From Eledone cirrhosa (Eukaryota), in the NCBI GenBank assembly GCA_964016885.1, contig OZ024746.1, positions 58,590,001 through 58,654,000 of the forward strand: DNA of 64,000 nt, read 5' to 3'. Both the position numbers and the translations under genes were made by a program. Each line of letters begins with the position of its first letter. The first letter of the stretch is position 1. Positions 23,462 through 36,199 of this stretch are shown here, one piece after another. The notes under the pieces were generated by a model. The model did no database searches, had not been told where the DNA came from, and saw only the letters and a list, made by a program, of their open reading frames with translations.

Positions 23462-24764
23462 ATGCCAACAAAAACGGATACAACCCTCATCAATTTAAAT
23501 GAAGAGATGCTACAGGAACTCAAGAAAATCAACACCAACCTATCTTTGCTGGTCGACAAACTTGACTCCACAAATAAGGAAACCACCACCGGATACAAAC
23601 CCTCCGAAATTGGCGACAAACTCCAAAACCTTTGCGATACTATCCAAACTATGTTCACTACTACCAACCCAGGAAAAACCAACGAAGAACCATGTGAGAT
23701 TGATTCACACAAAATGAAAATTCGAACAATTCCAAAATGGAACAAATCCCTCAGAGACAGAAAGTTCTCATTCTGGAAGATGATACAAAATCACAACAAA
23801 GCAGAGATATATGAAAAATGGCTTAACTCAACCCCTCTAACTCTCCCCCGTAAACTACAAATAAAGTCCATTCCAAATGAACCCGAACCTCAAAGACACC
23901 TTAGGGAAAGAATGGCATTGGAAAAAATGAAGACAGAAATTGAACTTCTTAAACTGAGGGCCCAGACAAATGAGGAAAAATCAAAACCATCGATGAAGAG
24001 ATCCTCCTGGAAATCAACAACAAAACTGAAGGCCCCAAGGTAGAGAAGATCTCCAAATTATGGAAAGGGCACTGCAACAGAGAAGAACTGAAATCCCTTC
24101 AACGCTGAGAAAAAAGTGCCGCTTGGTTCCTACACTATGAATCGACTTTTCAAACGGATTACACCTCCAATAACCGGTTCATAAAAATAGGAAAACCCAT
24201 AACTGAACCGCACAACAACTTCTCAAACCCCCAAGCCTCAAACAAACGAAGAAGGAAGCACCACACCGAAGATGAACTTCCCAACCTCGCTACCATAAGA
24301 AGGAACAAAAACCCAAGAAATCATCTCCCCCAGAATGACATTTACAACTTTCCCCCTTCAAGGAGACACCATACCAAATCACTCAACTACTACGCGGATT
24401 CCTCATCGTCAAACATAGGGAAAAGATACCACCGCCATGATAGATGCAACAACTTCCCCGCTTCAAGGGGACAGCAAGGTAATTACCATTTTCTCAACTC
24501 TTACTTCCACAATACACAACAAACCCACACCACACGATACAACTTATAACACTTATAACACCACAATACAACATGGCACATAGAAACACACACCCATACT
24601 CGCAGTACAGGAACACCCCATTCAATCTACAACCACCAACCCGAACCACATTTTACAACAACAAGGAATATAACAAACACAGGAGACCACTTAACATCAG
24701 CAGACAACCCCTCTACCCCAACCATTTTTTAGACACAGCACACAGATACAGGCAAACAAAATAA
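23462..24764 (+). pseudogene. PLE upstream ORF / N-terminal region (frameshifted, with stops)
   Basis: MPTKTDTT...coiled-coil-like...WNKSLRDRKFSFWKM...LPRKLQIK...; continues through frameshifts to a low-complexity N/H/R-rich tail ending NHFLDTAHRYRQTK*. Confidence 0.6.
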
Positions 24765-27049
24765 CACAAGACAGGGAGGAGAAACCGATAGTAATAAAAA
24801 TTATCAATCTTACTAGTGCAGAACCGACACCCAACCTTATCAACTTACTCTCCAAAGGTCTTAAATTCACACCGACCCCACTACGTCCTAACTACTATGA
24901 CATGAAGGAAGACATCACAGACTTCTGTAGAAAGTTACGACTTAGTGAACAACTATTCCACCAGTACAATGAGGATGAATCATTAGCCAGAAATAGAAGC
25001 AATTACACCCCTTCAAAAGGTAGAAATAAAATCCTGGACGAATTCTGTGAACACATCACAAACTTCCCTTACCAACACTTGCACAGACAAAAACACAAGC
25101 CAAACCTCAAGAAGAAAGAATGGGAAGAATTAAATAGATTAAAAACCGACAGAACCATTACAATTAAAGAGGCTGATAAAGGGAGTACAGTAGTCCTAAT
25201 GGAGACAGAATTCTATATCAACTTAGCGCTCTACACTTTGGAAAACGAAACATACTACGAAAAGGCTGAACACTACAATCAACAGAAAATTATGAGAAAC
25301 CTAAAAACTCTAATCAACCAATACAAAGAAGGACTCACTAACAAGGAATTCAGCTTCATCACAGACTTCACAAGTAAATCCAGCCTTTTCTAAGGTATCC
25401 CTAAAGTACATAAAAGCGAATCAATCAGTAAGGCATGCAAGGAAGCCACAGACATAGTCTTCAATGTCCCCTCACCCAATGATCTCAAATTAAGACCTAT
25501 AATAGCAGACCCCGCTTGCGAAACGCACCGTCTTAGCAACTTCATTGATACCCTTCTCAAACCCTTCCTCAAGCACATCAAACGCTATATAAGGGACGAC
25601 CTAGATATGCTCAATCACCTCCCTAATATGCCACTTTCTGAACAAACCCTACTAGTGACGTTCGATTTAGTCAACCTATACTCCAACATCCCCCACAACC
25701 TAGGAATAGAAGCTATCCAATTCTGGCTGGATAATTTCCACAATGAACTCCCACAACGCATCAAAAAAGAATTCGTGATAGAGGGACTCAAATTTATCTT
25801 GGAGAACAATTACTTCGTTTTCAATAACAAACCCTACAGGCAGAAATCTGGGACCGCTATGGGAACGAAAACAGCCCCTACTTATGCCAACCTAGTCATT
25901 GGATACCTGGAAATCACCCTCTACACTAAAGTCCTAAACAAATTTGGAAACACCCTCCACTTACACATTGAAAGAAACTGGAAGCGATATCTAGATGACT
26001 GCTTCATCCTTTGGCACGAAAACATCGAAAAACTTAAAGAATTTCACACCCTTATAAATGGGCTCAACACAAATATTAACTTCACGATGGAATACAGCCA
26101 TCAACAACTCCCTTTCCTCGACATCCTCATTAAGATCCATAACAAAAAAATAGAAACAGACATATACTACAAGCCCACAGACTCAAGCAATATCTCCCCT
26201 TCAACTCTTGCCACCCTAGACACGTTAAAATTAATATTCCCTACAACTTAGCCAAGAGAATCTGTACTATAGTCTCCAATAAAAACATCTGCTACTTACG
26301 GCTACAAGAACTAAAGGACACACTCATAGGCAGGGACTACCCTGCATCACTAATTGACAATGGAATCCAACGTGCCCTAAAACTCAGTACCCAGGACCTT
26401 AGACACCCTAAAGTAAATCAACCAAAACTAAAAGCTCTTCCATACATCTCCACACACAACCCCCTCAACAATGAGGCCTTTGACACCATCCTCCAGAACA
26501 TCCCTGTATTGAAAAAGGACCATAGAATGAACCAAATTCTACGAACACACGATATCATAAAGAGCAAAAGACAATCCAAGTCAATGAAAAACATCCTAAC
26601 ACATGCCAAAGTACTGCCAACCACAACAACGAAATCCACAGTAAAAAAATGCGATAGACCCAACTGTGGCATTTGCATCAACCTAATAGAGAGTTCGGAA
26701 TTCTATTTCAAAGATGGACAACGTTTTATAGTAAAACACAATTTCACATGTGCATCGGAAAATCTAATATATGTATTAACTTGTTCAGGTTGTCGAGAAC
26801 AATACATAGACCAGACCCCAAAACAGCCTCCGCCAACGCATGACTGTCCATAGATCCCAAATTAAAATACGGGAATACAGGAAAATACCACTGAGTGAAC
26901 ACATTGATACCTGTGCCGCCCAAAATCATCCCAACTTCAGAATCTTTCCCCTCTACAAATTTAAAGATAATGCCACCCACACCCAGCACATCAGCAAGGA
27001 ATCTTACTTCATTAACAAATACGGACCCCGTCTAAACACGTCTCCCTAA
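24731..27049 (+). pseudogene. PLE reverse transcriptase + GIY-YIG endonuclease (disrupted)
   Basis: LLSKGLKFTPTP, IKEADKGSTVVLM, F*GIPKVHK, LRPIIA, TFDLVNLYSNIPH, GTAMGTKTAPTYANL, WKRYLDDCF, LPFLDILI, TDIYYKPTD; Cys linker KCDRPNCGIC; NLIYVLTCSGCREQYIDQT...HRSQI...ESYFINKYGPRLN. Confidence 0.92.
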
Positions 27050-27672
27050 GACGAACCCACAACATACACACGTCAACATACATACCTACATCAGCACACA
27101 TCTCTACCCACATATAAACACAATGACACACGTAAACACACATGCTCTATGGTGCAATACAAAAAAATATATGTGCATATATATGTATGTATATATGTGT
27201 ATATATATATATATATGTAGTGAATATATGTATGTGTATATATATATAGTGAATATCATTTCACACCTTTTATTGTTAAGATTTTTGATGTTCTATTAAG
27301 AGAACCGATTTTACTGAAAAAATCGAATAATGTGTACCAGGGGGAAAAAAATACTGGTCCCCCCCCCCCACACACATATATACACAAACACATACACACG
27401 CGTACATCAACATACAAAGAGACTTATACACACACACACACACACACACACGCACTTCCCCGTATAAGACAAAAGCTGAAAAATATCTTTTGACATGCTA
27501 AAATACCCCCCATTGCTTTCAGACACATTCTTACTGACCATCGAATTACTCTGCTATACACACACACACACACACAGACACACACACACACACACACACA
27601 CTTATCTTAATAGCCATTTGACACACATCGCTGCTGGCCATTGTCGCAGCATCGAACACCTTACTACTACTA

Positions 27673-27723
<51 letters not shown>

Positions 27724-27954
27724 CACATACACACATACACACACACACATACACATATTTGTTGTGAAAGAGTCATTTCTCAATCTTGGCGCAAAACCAA
27801 TTTTTTATCCACATGACCTCTACCGACCAATCAAAATTGTTTTGACCAAGAATTTTTGCTGGAGCCACTTTTTTAACATAAAAACAGTCTGGGCGCAAAA
27901 TCAACTTTTTACATTCTATCCCGATGTCTTCCAAAAGTAACGATTGCATTTTGT

Positions 27955-28190
27955 AAGGGTATGTCAATATGCATTTATAAAACTGGTATATAATGTATTT
28001 TGTCTGATGAAAGCATACGATAATTTAACATGGTATCCTTGAAATATGTATAACAAAATAGATATGGTTTTATAAATATAGTTTCCATTTGTTAATATCG
28101 TATATTTACTCCAAATAATTGTCGAATGCTTTATATCAGTTATAAAAATATTTGCTTGTTGTATCCCGACAATTTAAATAGAACTTTTGC

Positions 28191-28192
<2 letters not shown>
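27955..28192 (+). mobile_element. Family G PLE-like 3' end containing an HHR (27997-28059)
   Basis: attttgt-CTGATGA-aagcatacgataatttaacatggtatcctt-GAAA-tatg-TA-taacaaaat. Homologous to 19465-19700. Ends in (TA)n. An inverted terminal piece lies at 28598-28650. Confidence 0.75.
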
Positions 28193-28240
<48 letters not shown>

Positions 28241-28246
<6 letters not shown>

Positions 28247-28380
28247 AGTTCAGAATTAGCCGCCGAAACGGCTTGAGCTCAGCCGTCGGGGTCCTACTCG
28301 TTCCTATTACCCACTCTACTACCCTAAGTATTGAGTATTTTGGTGCGTTATGGACCACCTTACCACATTTCCTTCGTTAT
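28241..28380 (+). mobile_element. Family B PLE-like terminal fragment
   Basis: cagaattagccgccGAAAcggcttgagctcagccgTCggggtcc...ccttcgtta between (TA)n tracts. Confidence 0.7.
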
Positions 28381-28395
28381 ATATATATATATATT

Positions 28396-28516
<121 letters not shown>

Positions 28517-28517
28517 G

Positions 28518-28585
<68 letters not shown>

Positions 28586-28822
28586 TATATATATATATGT
28601 AAAAGTTCTATTTAAATTGTTCGGATACAACAAGCAAATATTTTTATAATATTGAGATAGCTTTTTGACACAGTTGAATTTGGTATTAGATTATTTTATT
28701 AGGATTAGATTTTGTAGAAATTATTCATAAGATAGTCCGTGTCTTGCAAAAGGAAAGAAGAGTGGTGCAACATTCCATTTCAGTATTTCTAATATTTATG
28801 TTCAAATATGAGACTTACTAAA

Positions 28823-28881
<59 letters not shown>

Positions 28882-29129
28882 TTTCTTTATTAACCACAAG
28901 GGTTTACATAAAGTAGACATTAAGGACAGTGCAGGACAATGCAGGACGGTACAAATGGGCATTTCTGCGTGTAAAAAACAAAAACAGAGGATGTAACAAA
29001 AAATAACAATGAAAAATTCCCCAATAGGGGGCAGACTTCGGAGGGACATTTGTGGAGAAAGCCCAGTAAAAAGCCACAATGACCCTGACCACCAAGGCAA
29101 GTGCCCTCTCCCAGTTTTCCACCTTTAGT

Positions 29130-32100
29130 TTACAGATATATACTCAGAGTCGGCCCATTCACTCGGGCCATTCTTGCTTCTCTCACCCATCTTTCAACAA
29201 AATGGTGGGAAGAGAGCACTTCCTTCTCTACTCTGATTTTCCTTTTCAAATGAAATTTGAAAAAGTCAATCAGAGCATCACCGAAGAGGTAAGTGCTCGT
29301 CTTCAGCCCTTTCAAACGTGTCCACCATACTATCTCTTTCGCCATGGCCACCAGACAGATAAAAACTGCCTGCCCTTCCCGGCTAAAGGAGGAGGGCGGG
29401 GCAATCCTCACGATAGACTCAGATGATAGCTGGATCCGTCCTAAACGCGACAGCAGGTGTTCGACATAAACCCACAAGTCAGCAATTTTCGGACACTGGA
29501 CGAGTGCGTGCAGGACGGTTTCGTCGCCCTGCGCGCATCTCGGACATGCCCGGCTGACGGCACCTCCATGCCTGTAGAGTTTATCCCGAACTGGCAAGGC
29601 TCCTCGGTAGCACTGCCAGGCCAGAGATTTCTGGAAGTTGTCCATAGGCCCCGGCCCGAAAGTTCTTCCGAAGAGATTGGCTAGTTGATTTTCGTCGACG
29701 CCTAGAGTTTCCCCAAGTACGTCGTCGCTCTTCCCCTCCACTAATCCTCTATAGAACGCCGAGGTGGAGTTTCCACCGATCACATTGCCCGATTGGTCGA
29801 GGGCTGTGAGCGCCTGAAGACATTCCAGTCTCCAGGCGCTCCCTCTCGGTCTTCGCTTGACCCAGGACTGCAGCTCCGTCAAGGAAACGAGCTGGGGAAA
29901 AACGCGTCTAGCAAACGGCGACCACACCTGATCACCGTCGAGGAAGAGGTGGAGATGTCGTAGCCTGAGCGCGTGCCTGCGCATCATCAGCCACGGCATG
30001 CCCAGCCCTCCACGTAGCGGGTGTTGACAACAGATGGACCGCCTGACCATCGGAGCACGTCCCTTCCACAAAAAGCGAAAGAGCAAACGCTCCAGCGCAG
30101 TCAGGCGAGGCTTAGGACAAGGTACGACGGTCAGGCGGTAGCAGATGACAGACGCGATGTACGCGTTAGCCACCTCCGCTCGACCTTTCAGGGATAGCTT
30201 CCTTTCCGCCCGTTTCTGGGTGAGAGAAGCCACCCTGCTCGTCACCTCGTCCCAGTTTTTGTCCGTCTGGAGGTCCGGACCGAACCAGACCCCTAGCAAT
30301 TTAACCGGTCCGTCCGTCCAGCGTCCCACGACGCTGTTGGACGGCATGGACCTGCCTCTCCAGGTGCCGAGCTGCAGACCCACTGACTTTTCCTGGTTGA
30401 TCATTGCTCCTGTCACCGCTTCGTATTCTCTTAGTGTAGTGCCGATCGCCTCGATGTGTTTGGCGTTCGACACCACTACGGTGACATCGTCCGCATATGC
30501 TGACACGGATCTTCCGCATCCTAGTTCGCGCGGGACTCCCCTCAACGTCACCAGTTTGTGCAGTAATGGCTCGAGAGTCAATACGTACAAGAGGGACGAG
30601 AGGGGACATCCTTGGCGGACCGAGCGCATGATGTTGAACGGTTCCGACAGGTGACCGTTCACTCTCACCACAGAGCAGATGTCGCTGTGCATGGCAGCGA
30701 TCCAGCCTCTGAAGACGGGCCCAAAGCCAGCCGCCCTCAGGACTGCCGCTAGGTAACGATGGTCCACCCTATCGAAGGCTTTCGACTGATCTAAATTGAT
30801 CAAGGACCCACCCGTGCCAGGTTCCTTATCTACCCTCTCTATGATGTATCGCATGAGGTGGAGGTTGTCGTGGATGGATCTGTCGGGAATGGCGCATGTC
30901 TGCGCCTCTCCCACCAGACCACCAACGACAAGCGCCAACCTCTTTGCTAGCACCTTGGCCAAAATCTTGAACTCTGTGTTTAGCAGAGTTATGGGCCGGA
31001 AATTATCTATGTTATCCCCCTTGTTCGGATCCTTTCTCAGCAGTGCCACCGCTCCTCGGCTCACAGAACTGGGAATTCTCCCGTTCTGTTGCCAGTTGCA
31101 GTAGGCGTCCGCCAAGAGGCCTCCGAACAAGTCTGGCATCTGTACGTAAAGTTCATAGGGCAGACCATCCAAACCAGGCGATTTACCCCTTGTGCAGCCA
31201 GTCATTGCCTCCCTTACTTCAGCGGCTGTTATCGGCTTTTCGCAACACTTCGCCTCAGTGGCCGAGAGCCGCGGAAGTCCGTCGAGGTAGACACTAAAGT
31301 CCATCCCTCTACCCGGCCCACCGCTGCCCCCGAACAACTGAGCGAAGTGTCGCTGAAAAGCTTCACACATTTGCGCGGGATCGAGTAGCATGCGCCCGTC
31401 GTGGTCCACCAAAGACCGGATCGTGGCTTTGTTGCCACGACGCGCCTCCGCCACTCGGGCCCATTGAACGGCTTTCGTCCCTTCGTGTCTGAGAGCACGC
31501 ACCCTTGCTCTGACAACGCAGCCTTCGTGCTTTGCATTGAAGAATTGGTCAAGGGCCAATTTCGCAGCAAGCCCGTCGGTCGCAATGCCTTTGCTAAGCG
31601 CCTCGTCTAATTTTCTAACTAGTTCTCCCTCTGCTCTATTTTTCTCTATTGCTAAAGCCTTACTAAACCTAATCGATTCTATTCTAATTGCTCTTTTCAG
31701 AGCAAGCCACCACTTGTTGTTGACGATGGCCCCCGTCAACGCCCGCTTAACTAGTTCGCTAATCCGGTCTCTGTAGGCCTTGCGCGCTGGTAAGGACGCG
31801 TTTAGCTTCCAGTAGCCGGGTCCTCGTCTATGAAGCCTATCTAAGTCAAGCACACAGATCACGAATTTGTGGTCCGTGTAGCTGACTATCTTGAATTGTG
31901 GACAGCCTATGCTAGACTTATCTATTTCCCTACAAAATACTCTATCTAGATATGATCTGGATGACCCTATGCGGTTTGTCCAAGTCCACATTGGCACATT
32001 CGGGAAATCCAATCGGTACCTGTCAGACAGTTCAAAACGCCTGAGCTGGTTGGTGAGGCTCTTGCACCCTCCACCCCTATCCGCTAATCCCACACAGTCT

Positions 32101-32549
32101 CAACGTGCATCTAAGATCCCGTTCCAGTCGCCCTCTAACACTAAAGAGCGGGACGTTCCAAGAAAGGTCTCCAGACGCCGGAAGAAATCAGGCCGCCCTG
32201 CTCCTGTCGGGGCATAGACGGCCACTAGCCTGAAAGCTTGCCCGTCTCCGCTGGTCACGTCCAGCACCACCAGCTTACCCTCTGGGTCCAGGAAGATGGC
32301 CCGTATGGCGAGATCCAAACCTCTCCGAAAAAGCACAGCAACTCCTCCACCCGACCCAGGACGGCTGGGAGATGCGTACACATCGTAGCCGCCGAAGATC
32401 GGTGCGAAGGCCCGTGCTTCGGAGATTCTGGTCTCGCTGATGGCCACTACATCTATGTTTAGTGACCTGAGGTCGTTGAGCAGGTTACCCTGCTTCCATG
32501 ACGACCCCAAGCCACGCGCATTTATGCTGCCTATTCTGAGTGAGGTCAT
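29130..32549 (-). pseudogene. Tx1-like ORF2 (AP endonuclease, RT, zf-RVT) interrupted by one in-frame TGA at 32100-32102
   Basis: GSINARGL, AISET, VYAP, GDWN, SYLDRVF, TDHK, GYWKLN, KSPGLDGLP, FRPITLLN, DQSKAFDRVDH, RQGCPLS, AYADDV, CPRC..DETVLHALVQC. The two track ORFs (32549 and 32093) are in the same frame. Confidence 0.92.
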
Positions 32550-32584
32550 GTTTAAAATAGAGTGGAAAAGATGGGAAAGACCAT

Positions 32585-34684
32585 TTACCGTACTTTTCGT
32601 AGAGGAGGGATGGTTTTTACATCCCTTTTCACTTGATCGTCTGGTGAAGGGACCGTTGAATCGTCCCTTCGGCTGGTCGTGGGCTCTTCTAAGAGAATGT
32701 CTGAATATACTCTTCGATTGATGGTTCCTCCTAGGTCCCTGAAATCACCAACTGCGTTGGGGAATTTCGTTTTAATGTTTGTGTATTGTTTCTGTGCTAT
32801 TTTTAGCAGTCTTATGTTAGTTGGCGTTTTGATTGGTACTGGTATTATGTAGTCCTGTTGTGAAATGTCTGTGTGTTCAATTATGTAAGTCATTAGTTTC
32901 TTGTTGTGTGTATTTATTGCCGTGCATTTGTTTTTCTGGGGGTGGGGTGTGGTTCTGCTATTTTCTTGTCGTTGTTGCTGGGTGTGTGTGTTTTGTTGTT
33001 GTGTTTGCGATGTTGGTGCTTGTGGTGGTGGTGTTGAAGGTGTTGTTGGCGGTGGGGTTGTCGCCGGTGGTGGTGGTGGTGCTAGTGTGGGTGGTGATGG
33101 TGTTGGTGGTGTTGCTGCTGTGGGTCTCTTTGCAGTAGACTTTACCCTTTTCTCATTTCTTTCCTCCCTTTTCAAAGGCGACGATGCGCTGCTTCTGCGT
33201 TTGTGCCTTCTTACGACCTTTTGCCATCCCTCTCCCACCTCACACCCCATGTCTGATACTGTGAGGTCGGGGAGGGGTACCAGCTCCACTCTTTCACTTG
33301 TTGTTGTTGGTGATGTTTGCACTGGAGTCTCTGTTGCAGCTGCATTTGGTATTGCTGTTGTTGTTGTTAATATTTCCACTGCTGCTGCTGTTTTTGATTT
33401 CCGTGGCGTGGGTATGGGTGCCACGGACCTATCGTTCCTGGTTGCCGCTTGTCCTGTTGCTGGTAGCCGTGGAGCCGGATTCGGAAGGAGGGGGGTTTTC
33501 TCCTTTCTCATGGTCTTCTCGTTGCAGAAGGCCCTGAGGTGAGTCTTCGATCCACAGCGAAAGCATTTCGGGCGTTTGCCCTCAACACTTATGGGCAGTT
33601 GAGTGCCGTTATCGAAGTCTATCACATCCGGGATAGCTTCGATGCACTCCTGGTTGGTTTGGATTAGCATCTCAATGGAGGTGCCGACCCAATCTTCTCT
33701 TACTTTTTTCTGTACTTGCAGTACAGTTGTTTTGTCCTCGATTCCGACGAGGACAGACGCGGCGAGCCAAGAAGGGGCCATTCCGGGGGGGACGTGGGTC
33801 AGTTTGACCCTCACAATTTTTTTCCCGCAGTAGGAGGGCACCAACACCATTTCCTCGCTCCTTAGGGTCACTACGGATTGGGCCTTTGCCTCCTGGGGTG
33901 TGGCAAAAAGTACGTCTACGGTGGCATATTTTTTGCCTCGGGTGATGTGCGTTTTCCGCTGCCACACAGACCCCAAGGCTTTTTGTATTTGGGCCTCTGT
34001 GGCTCTTTCCATCCTACGGGATTTTGTACTTACTGTACGGTACGTGACCGTACAGTGCTGTTGGGTTTCGAAAAAATGTTCCGCTGCCTTGCAGATTGCT
34101 CGGTGTCCATTCTTTGTTACCATCTTCTTCGCTTCCTCTAATTCCTCATTTGTTATGAGGATTGTTTCCAAGTTTTTCGCAATACCTGCAAATGAGATTG
34201 GTTTTTCTTTGCTGCTGTTGTTGTTGTCGTCAGAGCTGCTGTTACTTTTGTTGTTGCTGCAGGTACTACGACTACTGCCTTCGCCGCTGTTGCTGTGGTT
34301 GTTGTTGGTGTTGCTGCTGCTAATGCTGTTGTTGTTTATGCTGCTGGTGATGCTGTTGCGGCTGCTACTGTTGTTTTCATTGTCACTGTTGCTGTTGTTA
34401 TTACGGCTGCTACTGCTATTATTCCTGACGTCAGACGAATGAACTGGGTTTTCGTATTTCCTGCACACCTGTTTCGTCGCTGTCGTCGTCGTCGTGGAGA
34501 AACCTTGCATGCTTTGCACGAGACTTTTCTTTTCTTTCGTCACTTGCGAAAGAGAAGGGAGGGAGAGAGACACATTTAAAGAAGGGAGGGAGAGAGACAA
34601 TCTTCTCTCTGCTGTAGTGACGATTGAGGAAGAAGAAGACAGAATGAGTGGGAGTGACCTATGCAAATTCTTTTTCGTAGCCAT
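32585..34684 (-). CDS. Tx1-like ORF1 (nucleic-acid-binding, CCHC zinc knuckle)
   Basis: Uninterrupted frame of about 700 aa directly upstream of ORF2; CFRCGSKTHLRAFC knuckle; S/N-rich and P/T-rich low-complexity tracts. Start placed at MATKK. Confidence 0.8.
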   Translation of the reverse strand: MATKKNLHRSLPLILSSSSSIVTTAERRLSLSLPSLNVSLSLPSLSQVTKEKKSLVQSMQGFSTTTTTATKQVCRKYENPVHSSDVRNNSSSSRNNNSNSDNENNSSSRNSITSSINNNSISSSNTNNNHSNSGEGSSRSTCSNNKSNSSSDDNNNSSKEKPISFAGIAKNLETILITNEELEEAKKMVTKNGHRAICKAAEHFFETQQHCTVTYRTVSTKSRRMERATEAQIQKALGSVWQRKTHITRGKKYATVDVLFATPQEAKAQSVVTLRSEEMVLVPSYCGKKIVRVKLTHVPPGMAPSWLAASVLVGIEDKTTVLQVQKKVREDWVGTSIEMLIQTNQECIEAIPDVIDFDNGTQLPISVEGKRPKCFRCGSKTHLRAFCNEKTMRKEKTPLLPNPAPRLPATGQAATRNDRSVAPIPTPRKSKTAAAVEILTTTTAIPNAAATETPVQTSPTTTSERVELVPLPDLTVSDMGCEVGEGWQKVVRRHKRRSSASSPLKREERNEKRVKSTAKRPTAATPPTPSPPTLAPPPPPATTPPPTTPSTPPPQAPTSQTQQQNTHTQQQRQENSRTTPHPQKNKCTAINTHNKKLMTYIIEHTDISQQDYIIPVPIKTPTNIRLLKIAQKQYTNIKTKFPNAVGDFRDLGGTINRRVYSDILLEEPTTSRRDDSTVPSPDDQVKRDVKTIPPLRKVR

Positions 34685-34928
34685 GTTGGTTTTTTTGTTT
34701 AAAATAAATATTGGGTACAAACCCCCAATAAGAAGTTATTTAACCCCGAAGGGCCAAATAACGGGCAGAAAGACCCCTCTCACGAGGAGGAGGGTGTTTT
34801 TGTCTACAAGTTGGTCTAAGTTTTAAACAATTTACAATTGTTAAAGCGTTCAAAATTTACAGTACCTTACAGAGCCGAGCCTCCGTCAACCATAGCATTC
34901 AATAATAATAATAATAATAATAATAATA

Positions 34929-35465
34929 CTCACTATAAGGGCTGGAGACATGATGTGATGGGCAGGGTGATCCACTGGCACCTATGCAAAGTAAACAATT
35001 TACCACATTCTGAGAAGTGGTATGAGCATAGGCCAGAGTCGGTGATAGAAAACGATCAGGTGAAGGTGCTGTGGGATTTTAGGATACAGACGGACAAGAA
35101 ACCGTAACACAATAGACCTGACCTGGTGGTTGTGGACAAAGAAAAAAGATCGTGCCTGATTGTGGATGTGGCCTGCCCATTCGACTCGAGAGTGCAAGAG
35201 AAGGAGAGGGAGAAAATTAACCGATTCGATACCAGGACTTAAAGTGGGAGGTAAAAAGGATTTGGAGTTGCCATTAAGTCAAAGTGATCCCGATTGTCAT
35301 AGGCGCACTAGGGACTATCTCGAAAAGTTTCCACTGGATGGTTAAAGAAAATTGGCCCCTACACGCTTTTTGGAACGCTTCAAAGGGCATGCTTGCTGGG
35401 AACAGCAAGAACCCTCCGATACGTCCTGAATATCTGAGGCTGCAGGTAGTGGCTTGATATTCATT
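34929..35465 (+). mobile_element. R4/Dong LINE, 5'-truncated 3' fragment
   Basis: HYKGWRHDVMGRVIHWHLC..WDFRIQTD..RPDLVVVDK..DVACP; nearly identical to 39255-39785. Confidence 0.85.
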
Positions 35466-36199
35466 TCAACAAACTTAACACAACAGCCAGATAACGGCAA
35501 TTTCACCACCACCACAACCAATCTCAACATAATAAGGATAATAATAAATACTATTATTATTGTCCCAAGTCTTAACAAACTGTTTAATCCCAACATTAAG
35601 GAAATTTAGGTCAACACATATACGCGACTAACCCCATAGTTTCACCGAACGGACATCAGTCCTTCATTGCTACCACCGCTACAACACCATCACTACTGCC
35701 ATCATTACTACCACTATCCCATCACCGCCGCCACCACTCCTTCATTGCTACCACCGCTACAACACCATCACTACAGTAATACGATCACATCACCACCACC
35801 ACTGCCTCGGAATCGACATCACCACCACCACTGTCTCAGTATCGCTACCGCCGCTACTGTCTCCCATTGCTTCCTGCTAGTTGCTGCCACCACATTATAG
35901 AATTCCTACTAAAAAAGAGGAAGGCATCAAAACATATAGATAGACTCAAAAGAAAAAAGAAAAAACAAACATCAAAACTAAAGCAGCACAGCAACAACAG
36001 CAAAAAACGAGAAAAACAAACAGAGAAAAACAAAAAAAAAAAAAAAAAAAAAAAAAAAAACGTAAAGAAAATAAGAATGAAGAGAGAAACAAGCGGACGG
36101 ACAGAGAAGAGAAGGGAAAAACTAAGTCAGACATTCGAACACTACATTACAATGAAACTTATGCTTATTCATTTTGGGGTTTTTTTCTGCCTGTGTGTT

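Larger units (their letters stand above)
22739..27918 (+). mobile_element. Penelope-like retroelement (Neptune type), near full length, with inverted 5' pseudo-LTR (22739-23208, minus strand)
   Basis: 22739-22900 is the reverse complement of 23275-23436, and 23090-23208 is the reverse complement of 27800-27918. An RT + GIY-YIG coding region lies between. The left end abuts (TA)n. Confidence 0.9.
28879..34900 (-). mobile_element. Tx1/L1-clade LINE, apparently full length, inserted in (AAT)n
   Basis: Two-ORF layout; AATAAA at 28886-28891 (minus strand) just before the (ATT)n tail; (AAT)n tracts at 28823-28878 and 34901-34928 flank both ends. Confidence 0.9.

Noticed and set aside
29457-34826. 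Plus-strand ORFs overlapping the Tx1 element
   Set aside because: Antisense shadows of GC-richer coding sequence with no recognisable domains.
35660-36140. His-rich and Lys-rich ORFs
   Set aside because: Low-complexity (CAC/CAT) and poly-A sequence.
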